From positions 88,280-152,279 of the forward strand of contig JAZSRC010000016.1 in assembly GCA_045538305.1 (NCBI GenBank): a stretch of 64,000 nt of DNA. The letters are read 5' to 3'. A program made the translations under genes and the position numbers. The notes beneath the pieces are model-generated. The model was given only the letters and a program-made list of their open reading frames with translations, did not search any database and was not told the origin of the DNA. This DNA is from Clostridia bacterium (GTDB lineage Bacteria; Bacillota; Clostridia; Christensenellales; Aristaeellaceae). Numbering within the stretch: the first letter of the stretch is position 1; each line of letters begins with the position of its first letter. This document shows positions 45,898-56,052 of the stretch, one piece after another.

Positions 45898-48800
45898 CTA
45901 AATAAATTCAAACAAACTGACCTGACTGGTTTGAGGAAGATCATTCAGGCAGCCGGCGGCAGCCAGTATATCCACAACCGATTTTCCGACTTTTCTTCTG
46001 ACCATGTCCTCTCTGGATGTAAACCTGCCCTCCCCGCGCACCTGTGCAAGGTTAATCGCAGCGTTTTTGCCAAGCCCCGGCAGCGACGAAAGCGGCGGGC
46101 GGATATGCGTATCGTCCTCCAGCAGGAACCTTTCGGGATCCGACAGGTACAGATCAACGGGCAGCAATGTAATGCCGCGAAGATTCATCTCCACAAGGGA
46201 TTCGATTAGCGAATACTCGCCATCGTTTTTTTCCCGTTCCGTTTTTTCCATGCCTTCGATTTCTTCCATGCGCGCCCTGAGCTGTGCGACGGAGCAAATC
46301 ATCGTCGCGCCATTAAAGTCTTCTTCATTTCGCCAGAGGAAGCACGAATAATATGCACCGGGATAAAAAACCTTGAAATACGCAATACGCAGCGCCATCG
46401 TGACATATGCCACGGCGTGGGCTTTGGGGAACATGTATTCAATCTTTCGGCATGCGCCGATGAACCAGTCGGGCGTACCCGCCTTCTCCATAGCCTCCAG
46501 CATATCAGGCTTCAGATCGCCGCCCTTGGCGATTGCTCCCTTGCCCTTTCTGACAAACTCCATGATTGTAAAAGCCATTTTGGGCTCTACACCGTAATCC
46601 ATCAGCTGGTTCATGATGTCGTCGCGCGTACAGATGGCGTGCTTAAGGTCGGTAAGCCCCGCGCGAAGAATTTCCTGTATGTTTCCAAGCCAAACGGCGG
46701 TGCCATGCGAAAGACCCGAAATGCGCACAAGCTCCTCCATAGAGCTTGGGCGCGTGTCGACCAGCATGCCGCGAACAAACCGCGTTCCGAATTCCGGAAT
46801 GCCCAGCGTTCCCGTAGGCACGCCCAGCTCCTGCTCGGTCAGACCCAAAGCCGATGTACCTGAAAACAGCGAAATGATTTTGGAAAACACATCCGGATCA
46901 TTCAGCGGTACATCCTGTGGTTTAATGCCCGTCAGATCCTGAAGATTTCTGAGCATCGTGGGATCGTCGTGGCCGAGTATGTCCAGCTTTACGAGTACGT
47001 CATGCATGGAAGTAAAATCGTAATGCGTGGTAATGGTATCGCTCTTGACGTCGTCCGCCGGATGCTGAATGGCTGTAAACTGATAAATTTCATATCCCTT
47101 GGGCAGTACGACCATGCCCGCAGGGTGCTGACCCGTCGTGCGCTTTACGCCCGTAATACCCTTGGCGAGGCGTTCTTTCTCCGCCTGAGAGAAGTTGAGC
47201 CCCCGCTCCTCCTCATATTTAAGCACATAGCCGAATGCGGTTTTATCGGCTACCGTACCCATGGTGCCTGCTCGGAATACGTTTTCTTCTCCAAAAAGAT
47301 CCTTAACGTACTGATGCGCGCGCGGCTGATATACGCCAGAAAAATTCAGATCGATATCGGGAACTTTGTCGCCCTTAAAGCCCAGAAACACTTCAAACGG
47401 GATATTGAAGCCGTCCTTGATCATCAGTTCTCCGCACTCCGGGCAGTTTTTCGGCGGCAGATCCAGACCGCAGGTATATTGCTTGGGCACGTCAAATTCA
47501 TGATGCTTGCATTTGGGACAAGCGTAATACGGCGGCAGCGCGTCTACCTCGGTGATTCCGGCAAGCTTCGCCACAAAAGACGATCCGACCGAGCCGCGGG
47601 AACCGACAATATAGCCATCCGACAGCGATTTGGCAACGAGCTTCACCGCGATCATATACAGCGTGGAAAAGCCGTAACCGCAGATGGAGCCCAGCTCCTT
47701 GTCAAGCCGCGCACGAACCAGTTCCGGAAGCGGATCGCCGAATATCTCCCGCGCCTTGCATTCGCACATATTGCGAAGGTTCTGTTCCGCATCCTCCCAC
47801 AGCGGCTGGAATGTTTCGCCGCCGTCCGGGGCTTTCATGAACAGATCTTTGATATGTTCCACCTTGTCCGCAATCTCGTTGGGCGCCCTGACAACAACGT
47901 TGTAGGCCTCCTCTTTGCCGAGATATTCGAACTCCTTGAGCATTTCATCCGTAGTTCTGAAGTACAACGGCGGCTGATGATCCGCATCCTCAAAGCCTTT
48001 GGTAGCCATCAGTATGGCGCGGTAGATGCTGTCTTTCGGGTCTTTAAAGTGCACGTCGCCCGTTGCTACAACCGGCTTATTCAGTTTTTTCCCAAGGGCG
48101 ACGATGCGTCGGTTGATGTCCTTTAGCGCTTCCTCGTCACGGACAATGCCCTCACGAAGCATAAACTCGTTATTGCCAAGCGGCTGAATTTCAAGATAAT
48201 CGTAAAAGTCAGCAATTCTTTCAATTTCCTGTTCGCTTTTACCGGCCAGAATTGCCTGATACAGCTCGCCCGCCTCGCAGGCGCTGCCCACGAGCACATC
48301 CTTGCGGTTTCTGGCAATCAATCCGCGCGGCATGCGCGGCGTTCTGTGAAAATACTTCAGGTGCGCGTCGCTGATCATGCGGTTCAGATTCGTCATGCCC
48401 TCGCGCGATGTAGCCAGCAGTATGATGTGTCTGCTGTCGCCGCCGGCATCCGTGGTAAAATACGAATTGAGATCCTCGAGATGTGCGAACGGCTTGTCCG
48501 CCTGCATGGAAGCAAGCGTTTTCACCAGCACTTCGCCCGTCGCGCGCGCATCGTGTACCGCGCGGTGCGCGTTAACAAGGCTTACCCCAAGCGCTTTGCA
48601 CAATTGACCCAGCTTATGGCTTTTCATCGATTTATAGTAATTGCGGCTGACGGCAAGCGTATCCAGCACCGGATAATCGAAAGGAAGCTTCGCCTCCTGA
48701 AATGCACGTTTAAAAAACGCCATATCAAAGGACGCATTGTGCGCAACAAGCACGCAGCCCTCGATAAAGTCAGCGAATTCGCCGATGACCTGCCCAATTG

Positions 48801-50244
48801 TGGGCTTTCCGCGAAGCATCGCGGAGGTAATGCCCGTAATCTCCGTTACTTTTTCAGGTATAGCCATCTCGGGATCGATCAATTGCGAAAACTCGGCAAC
48901 CTCTTTCCCGTTTTCAATGCGCACGGCGCCGATTTCCGTAATCTTATCCGCAGCAGTATTCAGGCCCGTGGTTTCCACATCCAGCACGACAAACCGGCAG
49001 CTCTTCATCAATCTGGCGTCTGCATTTTTTACGATTTCGGGGCAGTCTTCAATCAGATACCCTTCGCAGCCGGGAATCAGCTTGATGCCTGCCTTCTTCG
49101 CAGCGCCGAACGCCTCAGGATATGCCTGAACGACGCCGTGATCGGTAATGGCGATCGCAGGATGACCCCATGCGGCCGCCTGCTTGATCAGATCCGTAGG
49201 CGACGCACATGCGTCCATGGCGCTCATCTGCGTATGCAGATGAAGCTCCACGCGCTTTTCCTTCGCCCTGTCCAGCCGGACAGGCTTAGAAGCAGGCACG
49301 ATATCGTCGGCAAACAGCATATACATTTTGCGGTAATCGTCGTACTTATACTCGCCGCGAACCTTCAGCCAAAGGCCTTCCTTCACAAACTCCTTTGCGC
49401 CCTCGATCTGCTTTTCCAGCGATACGCCGAATTTGCCGCGCTTCGGCTGCAGAAACGCTTTACACTCCACGCTTCCCTCGTAATCGGTCAGCGTAAAAGT
49501 CAATATTTTGCGCTCGCTGTTTTTGGTATCGCGCATTTCCATCTTTACGACTTCGCCCATCAGTGCCACTCTACCGGCGTCCTCGGTAAGCTCGTTCATG
49601 GAAATAATCGGATCGGAAAAGACCTGCCCGCGAACCGCATCGCGCGGCCCCTCATTTTTCACGTCCTCCGGTGCAGATGTGCGGTTCTCCATTGCCTCCT
49701 GCGCAAGGCGGATATCCTCCTCACGCCGTTTTTCGGCAATGCGCTTCATCCGTTCCTCCTCGCCGCCTGAAACGCGGAAAGCGGTTTTCACTTCAATGTC
49801 AAACAGCGCAAGCATTTCGCGCTCAATCATTTTGTCTACGCCGCGAAGCCTGAGAAATTCCGCGCCTTCACGCGCGTCTACATATACGTTCAGCACTCCG
49901 CTGTCCAGCGTCCACTCATTGTCGTTCCACTTTAGATAGGGCATGGATCCGGGGCTTTCCTGCATTACGCGTTCCAGCACCTCGTCCTTATACTTGCATA
50001 TATCCTCCAAAACGTCGTCTCGCAGCGCGGGATACCGGATGCTGACGGTCATCGAAACATCCGGAAATCCCTTTTTCATCGCCTTTTCAATCGCCCTTTT
50101 TTCGCGCGGGCTGAGCAATCGCCCGGCCTGAAAAAAAGCGCGCATGCCGCCCGTAGAGCGCGACAAAGTAACCCGTTCCAGCGTCAGCATACGGGTAAGC
50201 GATGTGTCTATTCCATTCAACAGCTGCATCCAGATTTCGCTCAT
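45898..50244 (-). CDS. polC: DNA polymerase III PolC-type (Gram-positive replicative polymerase with 3'-5' exonuclease domain)
   Basis: Length 1448 aa, PHP domain, inserted DnaQ-like exonuclease (VVLDVETTG), polymerase core and OB domains. Confidence 0.95.
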   Translation of the reverse strand: MSEIWMQLLNGIDTSLTRMLTLERVTLSRSTGGMRAFFQAGRLLSPREKRAIEKAMKKGFPDVSMTVSIRYPALRDDVLEDICKYKDEVLERVMQESPGSMPYLKWNDNEWTLDSGVLNVYVDAREGAEFLRLRGVDKMIEREMLALFDIEVKTAFRVSGGEEERMKRIAEKRREEDIRLAQEAMENRTSAPEDVKNEGPRDAVRGQVFSDPIISMNELTEDAGRVALMGEVVKMEMRDTKNSERKILTFTLTDYEGSVECKAFLQPKRGKFGVSLEKQIEGAKEFVKEGLWLKVRGEYKYDDYRKMYMLFADDIVPASKPVRLDRAKEKRVELHLHTQMSAMDACASPTDLIKQAAAWGHPAIAITDHGVVQAYPEAFGAAKKAGIKLIPGCEGYLIEDCPEIVKNADARLMKSCRFVVLDVETTGLNTAADKITEIGAVRIENGKEVAEFSQLIDPEMAIPEKVTEITGITSAMLRGKPTIGQVIGEFADFIEGCVLVAHNASFDMAFFKRAFQEAKLPFDYPVLDTLAVSRNYYKSMKSHKLGQLCKALGVSLVNAHRAVHDARATGEVLVKTLASMQADKPFAHLEDLNSYFTTDAGGDSRHIILLATSREGMTNLNRMISDAHLKYFHRTPRMPRGLIARNRKDVLVGSACEAGELYQAILAGKSEQEIERIADFYDYLEIQPLGNNEFMLREGIVRDEEALKDINRRIVALGKKLNKPVVATGDVHFKDPKDSIYRAILMATKGFEDADHQPPLYFRTTDEMLKEFEYLGKEEAYNVVVRAPNEIADKVEHIKDLFMKAPDGGETFQPLWEDAEQNLRNMCECKAREIFGDPLPELVRARLDKELGSICGYGFSTLYMIAVKLVAKSLSDGYIVGSRGSVGSSFVAKLAGITEVDALPPYYACPKCKHHEFDVPKQYTCGLDLPPKNCPECGELMIKDGFNIPFEVFLGFKGDKVPDIDLNFSGVYQPRAHQYVKDLFGEENVFRAGTMGTVADKTAFGYVLKYEEERGLNFSQAEKERLAKGITGVKRTTGQHPAGMVVLPKGYEIYQFTAIQHPADDVKSDTITTHYDFTSMHDVLVKLDILGHDDPTMLRNLQDLTGIKPQDVPLNDPDVFSKIISLFSGTSALGLTEQELGVPTGTLGIPEFGTRFVRGMLVDTRPSSMEELVRISGLSHGTAVWLGNIQEILRAGLTDLKHAICTRDDIMNQLMDYGVEPKMAFTIMEFVRKGKGAIAKGGDLKPDMLEAMEKAGTPDWFIGACRKIEYMFPKAHAVAYVTMALRIAYFKVFYPGAYYSCFLWRNEEDFNGATMICSVAQLRARMEEIEGMEKTEREKNDGEYSLIESLVEMNLRGITLLPVDLYLSDPERFLLEDDTHIRPPLSSLPGLGKNAAINLAQVRGEGRFTSREDMVRRKVGKSVVDILAAAGCLNDLPQTSQVSLFEFI

Positions 50245-50253
50245 TCAAGCTCC

Positions 50254-51297
50254 TTATCGGTATCTTTTCTGTATTTCGTCAATCAGCGCCTTTGCAAGGT
50301 CGCCCTTTATGCTTCTTGTGCTTTCACCCTTGATAAACAGCGCCCCGCCATCCCTTCCGCCGGCAATGCCGATATCGGCTTCCCTGGCTTCGCCGGGACC
50401 GTTCACAATGCATCCCATCACGGCAACGGTCACCGCGTCTCTGATATGGGCGGTTTCTTTTTTCACCCGGTCGGCAATCTCGCCAACGGGAATGCATGTA
50501 CGCCCGCAGGTCGGACAGGAAACGATATTGACGCCCTCTTTACGAATGCCCGCCGCCTTCAAAATATCCTTTGCCGCATACACTTCATATACGGGATCGC
50601 CCGTAAGCGACACACGAATCGTATCGCCGATGCCGTCCAAAAGCAAACTTCCGATGCCGATGGCGCTTTTCACATTGCCCATACCGGGCGTACCGGCTTC
50701 GGTAACGCCGATATGCAGGGGATATGCGCACATTTTTCGAAGCAGCCTGTTGGCTTCCACCGTTTCCTTAACGCCCGAGGATTTTATGGATATGGCGATA
50801 TCGCTGTAGCCGTATTTTTCAAGCAGCCGCGCATGGTTCAGCGCGCTTTCCGCCATGCCCTCGGGGGTAGGCCCGCCGTATTTTCTGAGAATTTCTTTTT
50901 CCACCGAACCGCTGTTTACGCCAATGCGAACCGGAACCCTGTGCCGTTTCAGCGCATCCGCCAATTCTTTGACGTTCGCCTCGCCCCCAATGTTTCCGGG
51001 ATTGATGCGCACCTTGGAAATTCCGTTTTCCAGCGACTTGATGGCAAGCCTGTGATCAAAATGAATATCCGCAACCAGCGGCACGGGACTTTTGTCCACC
51101 AGCTGCTTTACCGCCTCGGCGCACTTATCGTCATACACGCTCACGCGCACAATCTCACAGCCCGCTTCATAAAGCGCTCTGATCTGTAAAAGCGTGCCTT
51201 CCACATCGCGCGTATCGGTATTGGTCATGCTCTGTATAGAAACCGGCGCGCCGCCGCCCATCGGTACATTGCCAACCATGATTCTGTTGGTATGCAT
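50254..51297 (-). CDS. ispG: 4-hydroxy-3-methylbut-2-en-1-yl diphosphate synthase (flavodoxin)
   Basis: GcpE N-terminus (VPMGGGAPVSIQSMTNTDTRD) and C-terminal 4Fe-4S Cys triad (CPTCGR...C). Confidence 0.92.
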   Translation of the reverse strand: MHTNRIMVGNVPMGGGAPVSIQSMTNTDTRDVEGTLLQIRALYEAGCEIVRVSVYDDKCAEAVKQLVDKSPVPLVADIHFDHRLAIKSLENGISKVRINPGNIGGEANVKELADALKRHRVPVRIGVNSGSVEKEILRKYGGPTPEGMAESALNHARLLEKYGYSDIAISIKSSGVKETVEANRLLRKMCAYPLHIGVTEAGTPGMGNVKSAIGIGSLLLDGIGDTIRVSLTGDPVYEVYAAKDILKAAGIRKEGVNIVSCPTCGRTCIPVGEIADRVKKETAHIRDAVTVAVMGCIVNGPGEAREADIGIAGGRDGGALFIKGESTRSIKGDLAKALIDEIQKRYR

Positions 51298-51298
51298 A

Positions 51299-52105
51299 TT
51301 ATTCCCTCCCGCCTGCCGGACTTATCAGCCGAGGCATATCGCGAAACTTCAATCCGAATTCCTGTACCATACCCATGGCGACATCGTAGGATGCAAAATC
51401 AACGGCGTCTTCGGCGGCATGCGCGTCTACGCCGAAAACAACCTCGTTTCCTACCTCTCCCGCAATTTCCCAGAATTCGCGGCGAGGATAGGCGCGGCCA
51501 GTTCGAATGCCCAAGAGATTGATTTCCAGCGGTACATTCTTTATAAGCGCGGTTTCACAAATTCCTCGGACGTTCTTTTTGTATACATCGATGTCGCCGG
51601 TAAACCGAAACACATCCGGATGCGCCACATAGGAAAACACGCCCGTCTCAATCGCCGCTTGGGTTTGCCTTACAAACGCTTCCAGCAGCTTTATGTCGTC
51701 CGTTCCTGCAGTTGCGCCGGTCTGGCCCATCTCATTGTTCAGAAAATGCTGGCCAAGAATCAGATACTCAATGGGATATGGCTCAATCAGGCGGAGAAAC
51801 GCATCAAAAAACCTCGGATAGTATTCCGCCTCGAGGCCGATGTGAATCTCGATATCGTTTTTGTATTCATCCCTGAGGGCGGAAATGGTTTTCACATAGC
51901 CGTCCAGCATATCCGGCTTCATGCGAAAACCGGAATAATAATCTCCTTCAAACACATAGGGCGAATGATCGGAAAAACCGTACACGCGCATACCGCCCCG
52001 GATCGCGTTTTCAATATACTCCCTCTCCGTTCCCGTTGCATGGTTGCACCGGAATGTATGCGCATGAAGATTGTGGGTAAGCAAGGCCTGTTCCCTCTTT
52101 CGCAA
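51299..52105 (-). CDS. PHP-domain phosphoesterase (histidinol-phosphatase HisJ family)
   Basis: N-terminal HAHTFRCNHA metal-binding motif of the PHP family; length about 265 aa. Confidence 0.7.
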   Translation of the reverse strand: MRKREQALLTHNLHAHTFRCNHATGTEREYIENAIRGGMRVYGFSDHSPYVFEGDYYSGFRMKPDMLDGYVKTISALRDEYKNDIEIHIGLEAEYYPRFFDAFLRLIEPYPIEYLILGQHFLNNEMGQTGATAGTDDIKLLEAFVRQTQAAIETGVFSYVAHPDVFRFTGDIDVYKKNVRGICETALIKNVPLEINLLGIRTGRAYPRREFWEIAGEVGNEVVFGVDAHAAEDAVDFASYDVAMGMVQEFGLKFRDMPRLISPAGGRE

Positions 52106-52108
52106 TTC

Positions 52109-53212
52109 TTATTTTACAAGCTTGGTAATATCGGAAACCGTAATGATAATCATCAGGATAATCAGAAGAACAAAGCCGATAAAATGAACGATTGCTTCCT
52201 TATCGCGCGGAATCGGCTTTCTGAAAATAGCTTCGTAAATAAGGAACACCAATCGCCCGCCATCCAGCGCCGGAAGCGGCAGAAGATTCATAATACCGAG
52301 GTTCAGAGAAATGATAAAGAACCAGTAAACAACCATGTATAGCACGTCGGAAAAACGCGCGGCAAAGCCCTCTTTCAGCTCCGAAGACATTGTGGAAACG
52401 ATGCCGACAACGCCGGATACCGCGCCATCCTGTACGCCGTTTCCGGCAAAAATACCGCCGATCATATCTTTTAGGAATGCTACCGTATCCACCACGGTTC
52501 TGCCCATCAGAACGAGCGCCTCCGGAACGGCAGTAATCACATTACAGTCATAGGGCTGTGACATGCTGTAATAGGCTACGCCCACCATCATTTTCTGGTT
52601 TTCCTGATCATACACAGGCGCAACGGCAATGTCCAGCGACTGTTCATCCCTGAGTACGGTAAACAAAATGCTGTCGCCCGGCTTGGCGGACGAAATCATA
52701 TCCTGCATACGCTTGACGCCGACAGCATCATCGGAAATCGCCTCGCCGTTCAAGTGCGTTACCAGATCGTTCACCATAAGACCGGCTTCATATGCAGGCA
52801 TGGTTTCATCGATATAGCCCAGTCGCGCCGAAACCACGGATTCGTAGGGATTGATAATCATACCGCCAGCAATCAATATCACGGCAGCAACAAACGCCAG
52901 CACAAAATTAAGAAACGGCCCGGCAAAAACGGTCAAAAGCCGTTTAAAAACCGGCTGATTGTTCATCGCGCGGGGATCTTCGCTGTTTTCATCTTCGCCG
53001 ACAAAGCTACAGAAACCGCCGAGCGGAATCGCTCTTAACGAATACTGCGTACCGTTTTTCTTCCAGCCCAAAATTTTCGGACCCATGCCTACAGAAAACT
53101 CCGTTACGCCGATACCGCTTTTCTTACCAACGATAAAGTGCCCGAATTCATGTACCATGATGATGACGCCAAGAATCAAAAGCGCCAATATAATCGAAAA
53201 AAACGAAGCCAT
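52109..53212 (-). CDS. rseP: RIP metalloprotease RseP/RasP (site-2 protease) with PDZ domain
   Basis: HEFGHF zinc motif, PDZ insert, LDG motif near the C-terminus. The start is set at MASFF (53212), which avoids overlap with dxr. Confidence 0.85.
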   Translation of the reverse strand: MASFFSIILALLILGVIIMVHEFGHFIVGKKSGIGVTEFSVGMGPKILGWKKNGTQYSLRAIPLGGFCSFVGEDENSEDPRAMNNQPVFKRLLTVFAGPFLNFVLAFVAAVILIAGGMIINPYESVVSARLGYIDETMPAYEAGLMVNDLVTHLNGEAISDDAVGVKRMQDMISSAKPGDSILFTVLRDEQSLDIAVAPVYDQENQKMMVGVAYYSMSQPYDCNVITAVPEALVLMGRTVVDTVAFLKDMIGGIFAGNGVQDGAVSGVVGIVSTMSSELKEGFAARFSDVLYMVVYWFFIISLNLGIMNLLPLPALDGGRLVFLIYEAIFRKPIPRDKEAIVHFIGFVLLIILMIIITVSDITKLVK

Positions 53213-53228
53213 AGTTCCTCCAAATCCA

Positions 53229-54371
53229 TTAAATGCCGAATAAACACTTTCTGGAAAGCATACGAGCTTCCAGATCCTTTTCAAAAACCTGTTCAAACGA
53301 TTCAATCTTCACGGTTTTCGCTTCGTCCAGCGCGAAGCGAACCGCACGTGCGATTGCGCCGAATTTCACGTCGCCGCGCAAAAATGCGCCTACCGCCTCT
53401 TCATTTGCGCCGTTGAGCGTAACAGGCGCGCTTCCGCCTTCCTTAAGCGCTTCATACGCATAGTCCAGACAGGGAAAACGATCTCGGTCAGGCTCGGCAA
53501 ACGTAAGCGTTCCGATTTTGGCAAAATCCAACCGCTGCGCGCCATAGGAAACGCGCTCGGGATATCCCATGGCATAGCCGATCGGCCCGCGCATATCCGG
53601 TGCGCCCAGCTGCGCAAGGCACGCGCCGTCTTGAAACTCTATCATAGAATGAATAATGGACTGCGGATGAATGGTCACATCGATTCTGTTATAGGGCATC
53701 TGAAACAGGTGATGCGCTTCAATAACCTCAAGCCCCTTGTTCATAAGCGACGCGCAATCCACGGTGATCTTACCGCCCATTTTCCATGTGGGATGCTTAA
53801 GCACATCCGCTACCGTGGCATTCTCGATCTCTTCTCTTGAGAATGTGCGAAGAGCGCCGCCGGAGCAGGTCAGTATCAGGCGGCTCGGTTCATTTCCCAT
53901 CGCCGCCCGCAGGCACTGAAAAATCGCACTGTGCTCACTGTCAACGGGCAGAATCGGTTTAGAAAGCCGTTTTGCCTTTTCCATGACCAAATCGCCGCCG
54001 GTAACAAGCGCCTCCTTATTGGCAAGAAGCACCCTTTCGCATACATCCAGCGCCTTGAGCACATTTTTTAAACCTGCAATTCCGACTACAGCGCACAACG
54101 CATCATCGGGTTTTGCATACTCAATCGCCTTTTCCGCCGCGTCATCGCCAAAGCACCATGTAATATGCTTCAAATCCTCCGGAATGCATTCCGGCTCCTT
54201 AATCAGCGCACAGACGTCGGGCTTGAATTCCCTTGCAAGCGCGAAAATTCCCTCGGCATCCGATCTGGCGGCAAGCGCCGAAGCGCGGAATTGATCCGGA
54301 TGCTGCCTGATAATGTCCATCGTCTGGCTTCCGATAGAACCTGTCGCGCCAAGTACTGCCAGTGTTCTCAT
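53229..54371 (-). CDS. dxr: 1-deoxy-D-xylulose 5-phosphate reductoisomerase
   Basis: N-terminal NADPH motif LGATGSIGSQT and Dxr central/C-terminal domains. Confidence 0.92.
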   Translation of the reverse strand: MRTLAVLGATGSIGSQTMDIIRQHPDQFRASALAARSDAEGIFALAREFKPDVCALIKEPECIPEDLKHITWCFGDDAAEKAIEYAKPDDALCAVVGIAGLKNVLKALDVCERVLLANKEALVTGGDLVMEKAKRLSKPILPVDSEHSAIFQCLRAAMGNEPSRLILTCSGGALRTFSREEIENATVADVLKHPTWKMGGKITVDCASLMNKGLEVIEAHHLFQMPYNRIDVTIHPQSIIHSMIEFQDGACLAQLGAPDMRGPIGYAMGYPERVSYGAQRLDFAKIGTLTFAEPDRDRFPCLDYAYEALKEGGSAPVTLNGANEEAVGAFLRGDVKFGAIARAVRFALDEAKTVKIESFEQVFEKDLEARMLSRKCLFGI

Positions 54372-55093
54372 TTATCCTTCACCTTGCCAAAGCGTCGGTC
54401 GCGCGACGCAAATTCGTGCAAATCCTTAATCAGCTGCTCGCGGTTGTAGTCCGGCCAAAAAACGGGATTAAAGATGATCTCCGCATACCATGTTTGCCAC
54501 AAAAGAAAGTTTGACAGCCGTTGATCGCCGCTGGTGCGGATGAGCAAATCCACATCCGGATCGCCGGCGGTATACGTTTCGCGGCTGAAATCGTCATATG
54601 AAAGATCCTCCGGCCGCATTTCGCCCCGAAGGCATTTTTCCGAAATGCGCCTGGCCGCCATGAGGATTTCCGCTCGTCCGCCATAGTTGAGCGCAATGTT
54701 CAGCTTCAGGCCTTTATTATCTTTCGTTCTAGCCTGCGCGTTTTCAAGCGCTGCCTTCTGTTCGACCGGGAAAGCCTCAAGGTCGCCAAGAATCTTTATG
54801 CGCACGCCTTTTTCGCACAATTCATCGATTTCCGAAAGAAAGTATCGCGTGATCAGCTTCATCAGCGCCTGCACCTCATCCTTCGGCCGGTTCCAGTTTT
54901 CGGTGGAAAAGGCATAAATGCTCATCACTTCGATTTTCAGTTCATCGCAAGCGCGGATGATTTCACGAAGCGCTTCCGTGCCGGCGGCATGGCCCGCGCT
55001 GCGCGGAAGCGAACGCTTTTTTGCCCATCTCCCGTTGCCGTCCATAATAAAGGCAATGTGTCTTGGCCTTTTTTCCATGGGCGGCGCTTCCAT
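54368..55093 (-). CDS. uppS: isoprenyl transferase (undecaprenyl diphosphate synthase)
   Basis: HIAFIMDGNGRWA motif and cis-prenyltransferase fold. The start is set at M45 of the ORF-track translation. Confidence 0.88.
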   Translation of the reverse strand: MEAPPMEKRPRHIAFIMDGNGRWAKKRSLPRSAGHAAGTEALREIIRACDELKIEVMSIYAFSTENWNRPKDEVQALMKLITRYFLSEIDELCEKGVRIKILGDLEAFPVEQKAALENAQARTKDNKGLKLNIALNYGGRAEILMAARRISEKCLRGEMRPEDLSYDDFSRETYTAGDPDVDLLIRTSGDQRLSNFLLWQTWYAEIIFNPVFWPDYNREQLIKDLHEFASRDRRFGKVKDK

Positions 55094-55139
55094 AATCTGC
55101 TTTTCGCGCTTTCTGAAAATCGATAACAGGGCCGTTATG

Positions 55140-55355
55140 TCAGGTATTTTCAATGGTACTATCCTCCAATGTGTCCGGAAAGCGCGCGCATACGATTGAG
55201 CGTCCTCCGTCCCGAACGCGCACAACGCGCAACGAGCCGCGGGGCGTACTTCCCCGCGGCGCGCTTACTTCCGTAATTTCTATTGGTTCGACGCCCGCAC
55301 TACGAAGACACGCTACTGCATCCTCTAAAGACAGGCCCAGTATACCTTCCGTCAT
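55140..55355 (-). CDS. small hypothetical protein (71 aa) with PASTA-like sequence pattern
   Basis: It begins 3 nt after the frr stop. The pattern G.S.EDA..L...G....ITEV...GS....L.VV.V.DGG resembles a single PASTA domain. This rests on reading-frame and pattern only. Confidence 0.35.
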   Translation of the reverse strand: MTEGILGLSLEDAVACLRSAGVEPIEITEVSAPRGSTPRGSLRVVRVRDGGRSIVCARFPDTLEDSTIENT

Positions 55356-55909
55356 ACGGACATGATCTCTTTTTCTTTTTCCGCGCTGACCTTGTCGATG
55401 TTCTTAATGTACTCGTCAACCGACTTCTGAAGCTGGGTTTCGGCAGTCTTCTGGTCATCCTCGGTAATCTGATTGTCCTTCTTCATTTTCTTGAAGGCTT
55501 CCATGGCGTCGCGGCGAATGTTGCGCACGGCGACCTTGCTCTCTTCCGCAGCCTTCTTTACCTGCTTGCACAGCTCCTTGCGGCGCTCTTCGTTGAGCTC
55601 GGGAATGATCAGGCGGATTACGCGGCCATCGTTGGAGGGATTGATGCCGAGATCAGACTTCTGGATTTCCTTCTCGATGGGGCTGATCATCTTGGCTTCC
55701 CAGGGCGCAATCACGAGCATGCGCGGTTCAGGAGAAGAAATATTGGCTACGCCGCTGAGCGGAGTGGGCGTTCCGTAATAATCCACAACGATTTTGTCGA
55801 GAATCTGAGGATTGGCGCGGCCTGCGCGCAGGGTGGAATAGTCCTTTTTCAGGGCAATCAGGGTTTTTTCCATCTTGGATTTTGCGTCTTCAATTTTCGC
55901 TTTATACAT
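55352..55909 (-). CDS. frr: ribosome recycling factor
   Basis: RRF signature (ISPIEKEIQKSDLGINPSNDG ... RNIRRDA); 185 aa from MYKAKI. Confidence 0.9.
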   Translation of the reverse strand: MYKAKIEDAKSKMEKTLIALKKDYSTLRAGRANPQILDKIVVDYYGTPTPLSGVANISSPEPRMLVIAPWEAKMISPIEKEIQKSDLGINPSNDGRVIRLIIPELNEERRKELCKQVKKAAEESKVAVRNIRRDAMEAFKKMKKDNQITEDDQKTAETQLQKSVDEYIKNIDKVSAEKEKEIMSV

Positions 55910-55951
55910 AACCGTGTACCTCCTCGGAACAAATACTTCTTTATCGTAGTA

Positions 55952-55980
55952 TATTGTATAAAATTTCTGGCACGATGTCA
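55952..55980 (-). promoter_or_regulatory. sigma-A promoter for frr (TTGACA, 17 nt spacer, TACAAT)
   Basis: On the minus strand: TTGACA (plus 55975-55980), 17 nt spacer, TACAAT (plus 55952-55957). Confidence 0.5.
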
Positions 55981-55999
55981 AGAAGTATTCTTACGTCAA

Positions 56000-56037
56000 C
56001 CAAAAACAGAGCTGCCGCGGAAAACCGCGGCAGCTGC
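56000..56037 (-). terminator. intrinsic terminator downstream of fucI
   Basis: GCAGCTGCCGCGG..CCGCGGCAGCTC stem followed by a U-run on the minus strand (A-run 56001-56006 on the plus strand). Confidence 0.6.
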
Positions 56038-56052
56038 AAACAAAAGTTGTGA

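Noticed and set aside
46969-49770. 385-aa and 474-aa plus-strand ORFs inside polC
   Set aside because: Both are antisense to a continuous 1448-aa PolC with polymerase and exonuclease motifs. They have no start signals.
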